The notes under the pieces are model-generated. The model had not been told where the DNA came from. It did no database searches and worked only from the letters and a program-made list of their open reading frames with translations. A DNA stretch of 57,413 nucleotides, the filler included, from Catajapyx aquilonaris (taxonomy: Eukaryota): the NCBI GenBank assembly GCA_000934665.2. It is 3 parts of 3 records of this genome, joined end to end, with 100 filler letters (N's around TTAATTAATTAA, not from the genome) between each part and the next. Parts side by side here need not be neighbours in the genome. Positions count along the whole stretch, not along the records: positions 1 to 19,058 come from JYFJ02006537.1; 2 more parts are not named here. One strand, written 5' to 3'. Position numbers and translations under genes: made by a program. The stretch's first letter is position 1, and each line of letters opens with the position of its first letter. Below are positions 1-12,800 of this stretch, piece after piece.

Positions 1-278
1 GGCGATTACACAGAGTCGCAAGATAACAAGGGGGTTCCACGGTCAAAACACGCAAGGCAAGAAATGGGGTAGGACAGTGCAGCTGGTGCTGTCACACTAC
101 ACGTTGAAAATAATTTGCAGTGTTTCGGGGAAGTTAAAAAAACTTCTTAAGAAAGTGGTTCTGGACCTGGTTGATTATCTGTACCTGGGTGGCGCCCCAA
201 ACCTGTGAGCCATGTAGTTAGCCATAAGTTAGGCCAAAAATCGCTAAATGTATCATGCATTGTTAATCTTGTTTTATT

Positions 279-510
279 TTGAAAGACAAGAACGAAAAGC
301 AAATGGTGCGGCAAAAGAAAAGTTCTGTCCAACAAAACTTCAGGACAGAAACTGGCCTTTTAGTGGATATGGTGAAGCAAGGAGAAGGAAACACTATAAT
401 GATGGCAATACCCCCAGACGCTTTTTTGACGACCCCTCACTTTCGTCAGAAATTACTGGCATCGACGCGATAGTGATTCGCAGGCTGAGTGTCCTTTTGC
501 AGGCAGTCTC
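279..510 (+). mobile_element. Transib (RAG1-related) transposase relic, frameshifted
   Basis: Two overlapping frames give QNFRTETGLLVDMVKQGEG and NDGNTPRRFFDDPSLSSEITGIDAIVIRRLSVLLQAVSS, matching the Transib GLxVDxxKxGxGxxNDGNTARRFF motif. Confidence 0.75.
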
Positions 511-930
511 AAGCCCATTGACACGAGTAATGAGAACAACTGCATTCATATTCATATGCTATTGTTTTAGGGTAGGTTTTTACACGCTTTTTATGTCACA
601 GGTTACTTCAAAACCAGCCTAGGATGGTAACATTAGATGAAGCTGCCAGCCAGTCATCAGCAGAAAATGATATGGAAGTTGGTGATGATGACTCTCGCCT
701 TGATGCTCAAAAAGAAGGTTATGCTGAAACCAGTAAGTTCAGATATAATATTTCAATTAATATTTTACGTTACTTGGAAGTTGCAATGCACCGCACATAG
801 GCTTATACTTCGCAATTTATTACATCATTTTCCATGTAAGAAGAAATGAAGCGTTTCTCGGAAGATTCCCATATGTCAAGTGACACCAATTTTCCAGGAA
901 ACAAAAAAACTGCACATGGACCATACTAAT

Positions 931-1500
931 TGACTTAGCCAGTCTGTTTTTTAATGTTTGCGTATGTGATACACACTTGTATAAAGCTATGCATATTAGA
1001 TACTATAATGTTATTTTAAATTATCATAATCTTTAGAGATTTTTGACATGGGATTTATTTCTACAAAAACTGCCTTATTTTCATGGAAATACGTGCTTAT
1101 ATTAGTTGGTATGCATATAGATTCATCGATCACACCCATTTCCCGATCATTTGGGAGGATCTTATCGGATATTATTATTGCAGTGCACCATCATGACGTA
1201 GATTGTAGAAGAACCGGACGACTGATAGAACTTCAGGATGCAGTTCCTTTTCCTTCATGAGCTTGGAATTTTCAGTTTTATAGACACACACTGCAATCCT
1301 GTACATAAAATTGTCTTCTGTACTGCATGCATCACTTCGAGGCGTGCCAAACTTTAAATTGTCATTCTGCATGAAAATCTTCCAGAAGACTTTGTAAGTC
1401 GCATGAATTTCTGGCTTCCTTTCGTCCAATAACAATTTGTGCATGAGTCTGACAGAAAGCCTTTGAGGGAGATAATTTACATACGTGATTTTTTTTTTTT
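931..1500 (-). mobile_element. Degenerate DNA transposon relic, Sola-like
   Basis: ORF 1175-1444 contains YKVFWKIFMQNDNLKFGTPRSDACS (NLxFxxPxxDxC-type motif). A possible terminus GACTTAGCC follows AATT at ~927-939. Confidence 0.4.
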
Positions 1501-1759
1501 TTTTTGCGCGAGTGGTGAGAATTGTCTAGCCTTGAAGGACGTAACATAATATGTTTCATGATGGACATCAACGACATGAACAGGGGTTGTCCTGGGGTGG
1601 TGCTTAGATCATTTGGGGACATACCATGCTTTACCAGATACTCCTGAAGCCTTCTAATCCTATCATTCCGTGAAAAATCTCACATGTCACCACTGATATG
1701 TGGGATTCATCCGGGAAATCACACTTGACATGTGGGGTTTTGTTGGAAAAGATTGGAAG

Positions 1760-1950
1760 GATCTCATTTATTGATATATTATGCATTGTCATTCCTTCAA
1801 CCATAGCTTCCCTTACACATGCATCTAAGTACAAGTTAAATAACCAGGGAGACATGACACAACCCTGCTTAACCCCAACACTAATGTTAAGCCAGTCAGA
1901 GAAACCCCCACTAGTTCTAACACAAGCTCTACTCTCTTCATACAGTTCCT
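1760..1950 (-). mobile_element. RTE-type LINE reverse transcriptase fragment
   Basis: Minus frame reads LYEESRACVRTSGGFSDWLNISVGVKQGCVMSPWLFNLYLDACVRE, the RT GVxQGxxxSPxLFN motif. Confidence 0.85.
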
Positions 1951-2159
1951 AGTTCTATGACTTCTGTCTCACAAGTCAGTTGGCCTGTAGTTGTTTTAAA
2001 TTCTGCTGCAGTCAGTGACTGATCGAAGGGACGGTTTCCTGGTCAACGCTACCGGTTTCCGACTTTCCAGGCTGCTGCACCCTCAGTTTACGAACAGAGG
2101 GTGCCTTCAGTTCCGAAACGAGGACGTTTGGGAGGCAGTGAGAAGGTTGGAATAAGTAT

Positions 2160-3127
2160 AAGGAGTTTCTATTGGGTTAGCACTTCTCCTCTGACTACGG
2201 CGTAGTTCGCACGTGTGGCGTGTGCCTCCCGATAACCGCCAAGCAGAGCCCTGCGCCAAGGGAACCGAGCAAATGGGGGTGACTTTAGAGGAGATAGAAA
2301 GGTTACTTCATGGGGCAGAAGAACGTATAGCAAATAGGATGAAGGCAAAATGACGAGGATCGTCAAGGAGGCTATACAAGTCCACACGAAAGAGGTACAA
2401 GACCAGATGACTAGGATGACCGAAGAGCTAAGCACTGTCCGCAGCCAAGTGACCCTGTTGGAGACGAAGATTACTGATATGGAGGACAGGGCGAGACGGA
2501 AAAATGGTGGTGGTGTTCGGGCTGGGCCCAGATGTAGAGGAGCCATGGGCAGCGTGTGAAGACAAAACACTCCGAGCACTACGGTACTACAGGGTCCTTG
2601 CTAACGACTACAACTTATCGATCGAGCGGTGCCATCGCTTGGGTCGATACACTCAAGGAAAAATCTGCCCTATTATATTACGATGCACCTACTTCAAAGA
2701 TAGAGAGGCCTTGTTGTCAAACGCAGCTAAGCTACGCAGCACTAGCATCGTCATGACGGGGGACTTTTCGAGAAACACCCGAGACATCCGAAGGCAACTT
2801 CTCCCGTACGTAAAGAGGGCGAAGGAAGAAGGGAGGCCGGCGACTCTGAGAAAAGACCGAGCTAAAATCAACGGTCATTTCTACACCCTGGAACAACTAC
2901 GCAAGGAGCACATGGAAGGAGGCGATGAAGGTCCAGAGCTGCAGGGGGAAACAAGCCATGGCCGACGTCACTATGAGGCGGATGGAGCGGGAGCAGCAAG
3001 AAGAGTGCGTGATCAAACGGAGCAGCAGAAACGAGCAGCCTCAAGCTCCCCGCAGGGTCAACAACCTGACAAGCAGTTGAAGGCAGTGGGTGACCGTGCA
3101 CAGGTGGCTACAATAGATGAAGATTAA
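2160..3127 (+). mobile_element. Non-LTR retrotransposon ORF1 (coiled coil plus L1/CR1-type RRM-CTD), one frameshift near 2503
   Basis: ORF 2350-2559 coiled coil ending MEDRARRKN continues in another frame as VVVFGL...IERCHRLGRYTQGKICPIILR...GDFSRNTRDIRRQL, a typical ORF1 signature. Confidence 0.85.
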
Positions 3128-3319
3128 AGGTGCGTCGAGACAACTCACAGCTTAGGAAGGCAGCAGCGTAAAGCCCGTAACAACTTGAAGTGCATCGTCA
3201 GTTTACCAAGAAGTAGAAAACCTTGGCAGTGCTAGTGAGTTAACCCAAACAGAGGAGGAGGCAAGTGTTGAGGCTCCTAAATGTGGTGCGGTGGTGTCAA
3301 TGTGCAGTGTGAGTGATGA

Positions 3320-3900
3320 AATTGACTTTGGGGTGGTAGTTTGGAATGTAGCTGGTTTGGGAGTGTTAAGTGCCCTCCAAAAATGCCAAGAAGAGTCGAA
3401 GGAGCTGGAAATATTTGGAGCAGTGGAGACAGTTGATTTTTGGGTTAGTGTATATTGCTCCCTCAATGAATTATGATAGTGCATTAGACCAATTAGAGAT
3501 GACGGTAATGCCGTGGCTAGAACAAGGCTACGACGTGATGTTAGCAGGAGATTTCAATGCAAGAATAGGAGGTGAATCTCAAAATTTGTATTTGGAATTG
3601 GGAGAAACTGGATGGATAAATAATCCAAAAAAATCAAGGGACACAATAGTAAATACAAAAGGGAGAAAATTATTACAGTTTATGGACAGGGTTTCACTAC
3701 TGATATTAAATGGAGTATCGAAATCTGATGCGGAGGGCCTATTCGCATATTGTTCATCTAATGCAAGTACGGTTATAGATTACGCCATGGTCTCGCAGGG
3801 GTTGTTGAAGAGTGTGTTGGATTTAAAAGTAATGGAAATTTTGGGGTCGGATCACTTTCCGGTTTATGTTAGCTGTTTGGTACAGGAGCCGGGGGAGGAA
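3320..3900 (+). mobile_element. Non-LTR retrotransposon ORF2 apurinic endonuclease domain; element truncated before the RT
   Basis: Motifs VVVWNVAGL, AGDFNARIG, SRDTIVNTKGRKLL, LILNG, IDYAMVS, GSDHFPV, with a frameshift/deletion near 3430. No RT follows. Confidence 0.9.
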
Positions 3901-4640
3901 CGAAGGCGTGCCTCGAGAGTAGTCTTGGACTGGCTGTCTGTTACTTTTTAAAGTTGCATTGTTTCCACTCCAGGCAAGGATTAAAATATACCAGTTTTAC
4001 AGGGCTAGGTGCCGGATTGTAAATTATCTGTCTACCTGGCCAAAACTTCTTTTCCGATCATTTCGGTGCGCAGATTATATTATAGATCTACCAGTTTTTT
4101 AATAATTTTGCTTTGCCTGTCTTTGTCGCTTTCTTCTGAGACAAATAAACTTTTTTCCTCTTTGGATTTGTTTATTACTTTTTGTATGGAACAGTAAATA
4201 ACTAAATAAGGCGTATGTGTAGCAATAAAGGTCTTTAGGCTTTATCAGCTTAGGTCTGTTTTTTAAGGGTCATGGAGCAAAAAAAGAAAGTTAGCTGTTA
4301 GCATTAGCTTTAACTAAATTTTTTGCCATTTATCATTAACTATTTAGCAAATCCAATTTTTTGTAGTTAGCTGATCAGCTGTTAGAGAAGCTGATTTTTC
4401 GGTTAGCTGTGCCCACCTTTGTTTTTAGGTTTATTCTCATGAGTATTATTAGTTCATATGTTGGGTTAGCTTGCGTCTCCCTTCATCGCTGACTACCCCT
4501 CATAGGGAAATGTCGTGATGTTGTTGTTGTCATTCCTTTATGTACATAATAAATTTTTTAGTAAATGATTGCTTCATTTCAGGCACAGCACTTGTCAGAG
4601 TTGGCCGGCCAATGCGAAACACCATGATGCACCTGGTGTG

Positions 4641-4967
4641 TTTTTTTTACGTTACCCGTGATAAGGCTGAGCCTTTTTAGGGGGGTGGGATACCACCATT
4701 TTACTCCATTTTCCTATATTAACTTCATTCACCGGTGCAAGGAGCCAAGGATGTAGGGTCGGGGGAGGGAACATGTGGTGCAATTGCAATGTCGGTAAAG
4801 GGGTCATGTGCTGTTCCCCAGGAGGTTAGGTTGCCAGACACCTCCTTGGTGCAGGTCAGAGACCCTCCTGACGCAGGTGAAAGGAAAGTTGCCCAGGCGG
4901 GGATCGAACCTGGGGCCTTTCACTCAGCAAGCCGAGACGTTACCATCTCGGCCATCTACACCTTCCC
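4641..4967 (-). mobile_element. tRNA-derived SINE, family 1
   Basis: Minus-strand box B GGTTCGATCCC and box A-like head; TSD GATGCACCTGGT at 4626-4637 and 4968-4979; homologous to 54330-54686. Confidence 0.85.
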
Positions 4968-4987
4968 GATGCACCTGGTATATTCTA

Positions 4988-5438
4988 CAGGGTGATTCTC
5001 TCGAATGGAAACCCAAACATTCCTCAATCACCTATTAACTATGGTATGGTTCCCGATGAAAATTGACATGTACTTACCTTGTATCATGCCAAACAAGGTC
5101 TGACTAAAGAATACACAAAAAGTGGTCCCCTCCAGCATCCGAGAATTTTTAAAATGCGAGTCTGCATATCCGAAGACTCCCGTCTCACCAAGCAAGCGGG
5201 CGGGCGGCGCGGGAGATAAGCCATTCCCGCCGGCCATTCTGCAGAAGTCTTCGCCAATATTCAGACTCGGATTTTAAAAATTCTCGGATGCTGGAGGGGA
5301 CCACTTTTTGTGTATTCTTTAGTCAGACCTTGTTTGGCATGATACAAGGTAAGTACATGTCAATTTTCATCGGGAACCATACCATAGTTAAAAAGTTATT
5401 GAGGAATGTTTGGGTTTCCATTCGAGAGAATCACTTTG
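4988..5438. mobile_element. Palindromic Tc1/mariner-type MITE
   Basis: Long arms CAGGGTGATTCTCTCGAATGGAAACCC ... GGGTTTCCATTCGAGAGAATCACTTTG, flanked by TA on both sides. Confidence 0.9.
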
Positions 5439-6899
5439 TATTATGAAAGAAGTGCTCTGCAATAGGATGTGCTTCAATTACTTTGGACGCCGACAATAGA
5501 GGGCAATCGGAAAAAGTTGTCATTGGTAATTTTTCATTTAGCTATCTCATTGTGATACAATTTCGACCACCTACAGAGGATATTTTTGTTGCTTTTTTAG
5601 CTGCTGTAGAGCTTACACACCAAGAAGCCTCATTCAAGGACATTTCGCACACAATATGAAGATACCGCACTGGAGCTGGAGAAACCTTCATAGACTCATG
5701 TGCCATTATTTTCCACTGGAACTGATGGAGTGTAATAAAGATATTTTAGTGTAATCTTAAGTATACTATCTTAATGACTCCGGAGGGACTGTACTTTCCT
5801 GTGTAGGAATAATAATAAACCATGTAATCTGTGACCAATATTTCCAATCATTTTGAACCCAATATTTGCTGGGATGTGGTGACTATACTCTGACTAGATT
5901 TTTGTCACCAACATCGGAGGCTCGACCATGGCTCCAACATCTGATGCCGACTTTGGTACCATCATTTCATCCCAGCCCCGGCACCAATATTAGAGGTCGG
6001 CATCGGGACCAACATAGACAGCCGACCTCGGACCGAAAAAGGCAAAAGGTTAACCGTTTTACATCGGTTCCGAGGTTGAATTATCCGTTCTACCAATGTC
6101 GGCGCGTACATAGTTGTGCGACCTCAAATTGACAGAATTTTTAGACGATTTCCGATGTTGTGAACCAATCCCAGGCAACGATGTTTTAAGTGAAGCATTC
6201 GAGTTCGTCTTGTATGGTTATAGTTATTACATATAGTGCAGATAACATTTTGTTACGTTTGTAATCAAAGAATAGCGATGATACAACTTGAAAGGGTTAA
6301 AAATCACGTAGACTCATATTGGAAGCGTCAAAAGAAGAGAGACTGAGGGGCGACAACAGACTCAACCAAGTGATGACCCTATACTTAGAGAGAGAACAAT
6401 TGAAAGGGATGGACATCACAGGACTCAAAGTACATGACTAGAGCCGCGATGATGACGCAGGAATATTTATATCAAGAGTGCCTATTAGCTCTTCTTTTTA
6501 AGTTTTAAGGAATGTCAAAGTACTCCAACAGCGCCATACAATTCAATAATTCCAACTATGTACAGTATTCATATATTTCTCGATTCTTGCAAGAAGAGTG
6601 ACGGAAAACACGAAGTATTCATATATTAAGCTACTGTATCTACACTGGTATAACTTCTGCATCCAACATGTGACAGTGCAGTTGTTACTTTGAATTGAAC
6701 TAAGATAACAACATATCTCATATCGCGACTTGAGTGAAGTCACTTGGAGTGTGGAAAGAGCAGCTATATTATTGTTACGATCATTATTATGATGCAATCA
6801 CCAGACGCCTTCGAAGGAGGGGTTGAATATATTCACTTGGCAGACGCACTCTCGACATTTCGCAGGAGGCCACAACACATTCTTGCAGAGTAATTGTTT

Positions 6900-9800
6900 T
6901 GGTCATACCGCCATTTTTAGCAGAGCTATACATGTTCTACTCATCCCTTCATCATCATCACCCCAAGATGTATTTCCCCAACATGGATTACATTTTCCCT
7001 TGCCACATGTGCTAAAATACACCATAATAATATGAATAATATCATATCTCACACAAGATCATGTAATTAAGGTCGCAAATTAAGTTCAGATTATTAACGA
7101 TACATACCGTAACATATGTGTGCCCTTCTCATCTTTCTAGCAACACATGTAATAAAGGCCCGTTGACGGTGAGAGTCTCTCAAGAGAAAATATTACTCTT
7201 CCGACAATGCTATAACAGTTATTAACTTTCTCCCCAGCATTACCATCCAATTATATTACCTATTTTCTATATTCTATCAATTACCATTATCATATTTCGC
7301 TAAGTTATTCTTCGAAACATTGCTTATGAGCACATACAATCTAAATATAAGTAGAGTTTCATTAAAACCTGGAGCCTTCGAAGGCTGGGTGCATTATGGG
7401 CATGTCCGAAACTAACTGCGATTTAGCTCGGAGCCTCTCCCATCCTAGGAGTAGGACACAGAAAAGGGTGGCTCCTGAAATTGTCTAAAGTGGCTCAAGT
7501 ATGGTCCGTATCACTTTAAACGGGGAAAATGTAGCTTATTTTGACGGAGGATATACTTTTAAAATTTCATATGCGAATAATCATATGCTGAATCTATCAG
7601 AACATAAAGTATGATTTATAGTGCGCTAATAACACCGTGACACCATAATGTCAGGGAGACCAAATGAGTACCCAGAGCGGAACAATGATAGTAACTGTGC
7701 TGCACAGCTTGTAAACAACTAAATTATGACTTATGTTACGACGAAATGTCACAGTGACACTGTAGTCAACTAAAACGAACAAGAGCGACGGTGTCTGCCA
7801 TTAACCGCAAGTGGCTTGGCAGTTCATTGATCCACAGACACTCACACCTGGCCACCAATGTTTCAACAAATGATCATGAAGATCTATTCGTGGTAAGACG
7901 AGCATGTTTAGGAGTCTTTGTGATGTTATACTCATCTCTGGAGCATCACTTCCCAAGATGTATTTCGCCAACATGTGTTACATTTGCCAATGCCGTATGT
8001 GCTAAGATCCACTAGAATATGAATCATACCATGATACACAAGCACTAAGGACGCCGACACTCAGATTATTAACATTACGTAAGATATTTACAGCAACATA
8101 TATATGTAATTATAAGGCGAGTAGCCTAATGGTGTGAATATCTCAGAAGAAAATTCTCCCGACAATGTTATAAAATTGGCCTTTAAAATTTAATTCCTTG
8201 ACATCCAAGGGATTTCAGCGCAAAACTTGGGGAACAGTTTCCCAGGATAAATCGCGGAAGTCTAATACCCTGCGGTCATGCAGGAACAGACTCGGTATGG
8301 AATATCTTTGCTTATCAAGCACACCAAAAAAAAATTTGATCTGAGTTTGCAGAAGCCTAAAGAGCATTGCAATTCATGTCATCTTGAGGACCATAGCAGT
8401 TCACATAACGACAATATTAGAGTCTTAAAATCGTCAAACTCGAGACGAATTCTTCACGGATGTTACAGGTAGTGACATAGTGAGTGGTAACATATTTTTG
8501 GCACGAACGCGATAACAGCAGACTTCAACATAATATGATGTAACTGCAAGACAGTAATAAAGGACCCAAAGCCTAAGCACACGTGAAGTCAACTGCTGCA
8601 GGAGATCCTAAAAATTGAAATCACTCTTCCGCTAATGACTTTTCTTCGTATACACTCAGCTGCTGGCCGTGACACCAATCCCAACACCAAAGAGAAAATG
8701 TTCAAATTACGAGCATTTCCATACACAAATCAGGCATGGACGAAAACAACTTACAGATGAAAACTTCGTCACCACTGGCCTAGTACCCTTCCGTTTGATT
8801 AACAGTTTCAATGTCTCTGTCCATTTGAATAACGATCAGCCCTTTTTAAATACATGTGAGTTTGCAGTGGGTCTATGAGACGGAAGAAAATTACAATAGG
8901 AATCATGAATACACCACGAGACCAACGAAATAACGTCCAGGCATTGCATGTAACACGCTAACAATTAAGTGACATAATCATCAATGAGGTGTTGGATATA
9001 TAATGCCACTATGTCACAAATGATTAATTGATGGGGCTTTTTAATTGCGCAACATTATCCTATTTCGGAAGACGGAAATAATAGACTTTTAGAACCCCGC
9101 AGGCCTTCACCAATTTCCTCGTAACCTTGTAAAATGGTGCCATGTTGCATCCGCCACTATAAACATTGTAATCATAATCACGTATGAACTCTTAATTAAC
9201 TCGCACTTCAAAAATTGCTTCACTTTTTTTTGTCAGATGCGTTGTAAAGTATAATTAATGCTGCAAACTGGAAGTCAGAACTCAGGGAGCACCACAAAGA
9301 AACAAATCAATATTCACCAAAGCACAAAAACACATTCGGGCAGAGACCTATGACCAGCAATATTATTATAGGGTCGTTGTATTTTACCAGCAGAAATGGG
9401 CAGGTCACTATACAAAAGACCTAAGACTGCGACGATAAATCATGTGCTGCAGTGAAATACAGGCCCAATGTCCATGCGACCTAATTCAGTTGTCGTTTAA
9501 ACCCAACATGGTAACTGACTACCATCGCCATATACAGGAAGATATAACATACTAACAGCCGAGGCTCAATATTAATGTCGCATTTATTCATGACTTCTCT
9601 CCATTAGTACTTGATGGAGCAGACTGAAGTGAGTAGGCTATAGTCTGGTATGGAAAAGTACGTGTAACTACTGAGACTGAACATGATGCACAAAGTACTT
9701 ATGACATAAAAATTCGCCAATGCTGTGGGTATAAGAGGTAACAGCAGCCATAGCCATATTAGAAAAGGTCATATTGGTGTCCCAACCCTTTTCACAACAA

Positions 9801-12800
9801 TGTTAGGACATTGCTATGGACGATGACGAGGGAGCAGACGAAAAACCAAAAGATAAGGGTTAGAGCGAGTAGTGTCTGTAATGACTTTTAAAAACTTGAC
9901 AATGGCCGGCCATAATTATTTGCATACTCAGAAAAGGGGGTTAAGTTTATGCGATATCCTCCACCCATGACTCACAAGATTCTGCAATTAATGGCGCAGA
10001 CATTTTTATGATTAACAGTAAATGACCGCAACAGAAGTGTGCCCTTGTCATCTTTCTAGCAACACGTGTAATAAAGGCTAGCATATCGTGAGAATCTCTC
10101 GAGAGAAAATATTCTTCTTCTGACAATATCATAACAGTAAACATGTAGGCCTAATATTTAATCTCCTTCATTAACAATCATCCAATGGATCCCAGAGCAA
10201 AACTGTGGGGATCCGCTGCCCATGATGAATCTCAAAAGTTTGTGTCTTAATTACATGTAATTATTGAAACTTGATCATGATCTGCCTTGATTGCCATAAA
10301 AACATTGATGACGTGACATCTCGCTACCAGAAAGGACCAATAGAATGACAACGATTGCCGAAGCATTTAGGAAGCCCCTTGCCTGAGAGAGAACCTGGCA
10401 AGAGATACATGAAGACAGATATGTATTATTCGCACGAGATTTACGGCAGGCATCCCAACAGCATTTTTATAACCTTGGCCGGTGTACTTGTGTAGTAGTG
10501 ACGCACAAACTAAAGGAAAGGAACAAAGGAATACGTTAAGTATACCCTCCGCCTGCCAATAACACCATCCGAAATTGAGCAGTCATGGCAACTATGCGTC
10601 ACCAGAATAACGGTTAAGTTTATGTGATATCCCCAAGCAATGAAGGAGGCAGAATTATTCAGGACACCATCTGAGCTATTTTCAACTCAATGTTACCGAT
10701 AATATTGCTATTGAAATTTGCTACATGTGAACCTACTTTAGAGGCATCAACTATAACAACCTGTTGTTACCAAAAAAATGCTGCACACACTGGCATTAAT
10801 TATGTATACGAAGATTGAGCAGTAGCATTTGGCTGGCATTTTGTCTCCCCTCTTCACAGCCTAGGGTGTGAAATTCAGCCAAAATGAAATAGCAGACAAA
10901 AGGTTTACCTGCATCCTAGTGATCATGCTGTGGACAGAGCAATATTACGGATAGATACGGACACTCGATCTCTTGAGAATCATAAATTGTGCACTACATG
11001 CGAGCTTTTTCAACAGTTGCCAGAAATAACTCACGCAATTGGGAGCAAGGGAACTGAAGTCTTTAACATACAACAGAGTCAGACAGGTAAATGTTATTGG
11101 GCAGAATCTGTGCCACAAGGATGCAAGTACGTCCGCCAAGAACCATGACCCATCAGATTATGCCGCAGGACAATGAAAGACCAGAAAGAGAAACACGGGA
11201 ATTACAGCAAATATCCAGACCGAGTGAGATTCAAGAGTTAGGGGGTCATCTCTGGCTTCGTCTCGGGTGGGATTTCCGCTAGAGTCTCAAGATTCAAGGA
11301 CACGAGGCTCAGACGGGAATATCATCCATAAGGCTAACGTGTAAGTGGCTTAAAAAGACAACACTTAAGGTGTAAGTAGAATACGTTCTAACGCCCGTGA
11401 TTTCATTTCTTGGACATTTTATTTTATTTTCAAAATATTACTGCAACTGGGTTCTGCCTCATACGAGAAACTTCCCATGGCCATCGCCGGATAGCGGTAC
11501 TGATCTCAAAATAATTGCAGAAGTTGATGGCACACGCCTCCAAAGCCTCCCCAACTGCATGCCAGATTCACTTGCAAGTTAAAGCAAATACTGGTGCAAT
11601 TACGAACATGTCGTAATGATGCATCAGGAATATAATGTCTATGCTCAAGTGAAGCTCTGAGAGTTTAACAGTCATGCTGTACAAGCAGCGGAGGAATCCA
11701 TGCCAAGGCTTATGTAGCCTGCACATATAGGATGTTTATGTTTTTGGTAATTAAAACAAAGTGCCTCCTGAGTAATTAATTTCATATACTGTCAGCTGAG
11801 AAACTAATAACGTTTGTGGTCAAAACACCACATCAAAGTGACACCTGTAACTAATCTTGTTTCTGTAAACGAGATAACTGCAACATTTGTACTAATGACG
11901 ACGAAGGACCTGGGGGGGGGGGGGNGGGGGGGTCAGTTGAAAGCCCATTTGTTTGTAAACACACTTGTTGCTGAAATAATACGGCCTAAAACTGACAGTA
12001 TGTTAATGGAGGCAAATCGGGGAATCGATACAGAAAATCTGCCCCGTGGTTTGACGTAGAGTTGGGGGAGACAAGCATGTACTGAAGAAGATGCAGAATT
12101 CCTGGCAAGGCAATACATTAGGATCAAGAAAGGCTCAGCAGGCCTCACACCTAGGTCCACGTCAAACGTATACCAACCATAACCCCACATATTTAGTAAA
12201 TATATTGACGAAAACATTTCAGGAATTTTTGAAAAATTGTCACAAAGTAATTGGGACTCTGAAAACTGCCCGAAATTCAGCCTTCAAAAATCTGGTAAAT
12301 TGGCATTTTGAGAGGACAAAAGTAGAGAGCAATGCCAGCATGCAGAAGAGAACTTCATTTACGGAGGACAACAAATTCACAAGTGCAAAAAAGTTGCTGG
12401 ACTTCTTACCATGCGACTTAAAAATGACCTGGAACTTTATAGCTGGCAAAGTTGTGTATGCCAAAAAGGAATCCAAGTCAATTGGCATCTCACACCTGTA
12501 AAACTGTGTTCTGAAACCATTCATGTATTATGCTCTCATTATATCTGGAATACTGCACATGATATGAAACAACAACATATTACCAACGTTATATTACAAA
12601 GTGTAGGGCCTACTCAAAGTGCTTCAAAAATATTTTAATACTTTTCTGATATAAAACAAGCACATATTCACATGGCTATGTGATTCCCTCGATCTGGAAT
12701 ATTTCTTATTCAAAATTACGTTGATCACCATTTTCTCAAACAGTCCAAAATCAGACATTGACCAAGACTCCACAGATTGAAGACATAACCCGGAGGGCGA

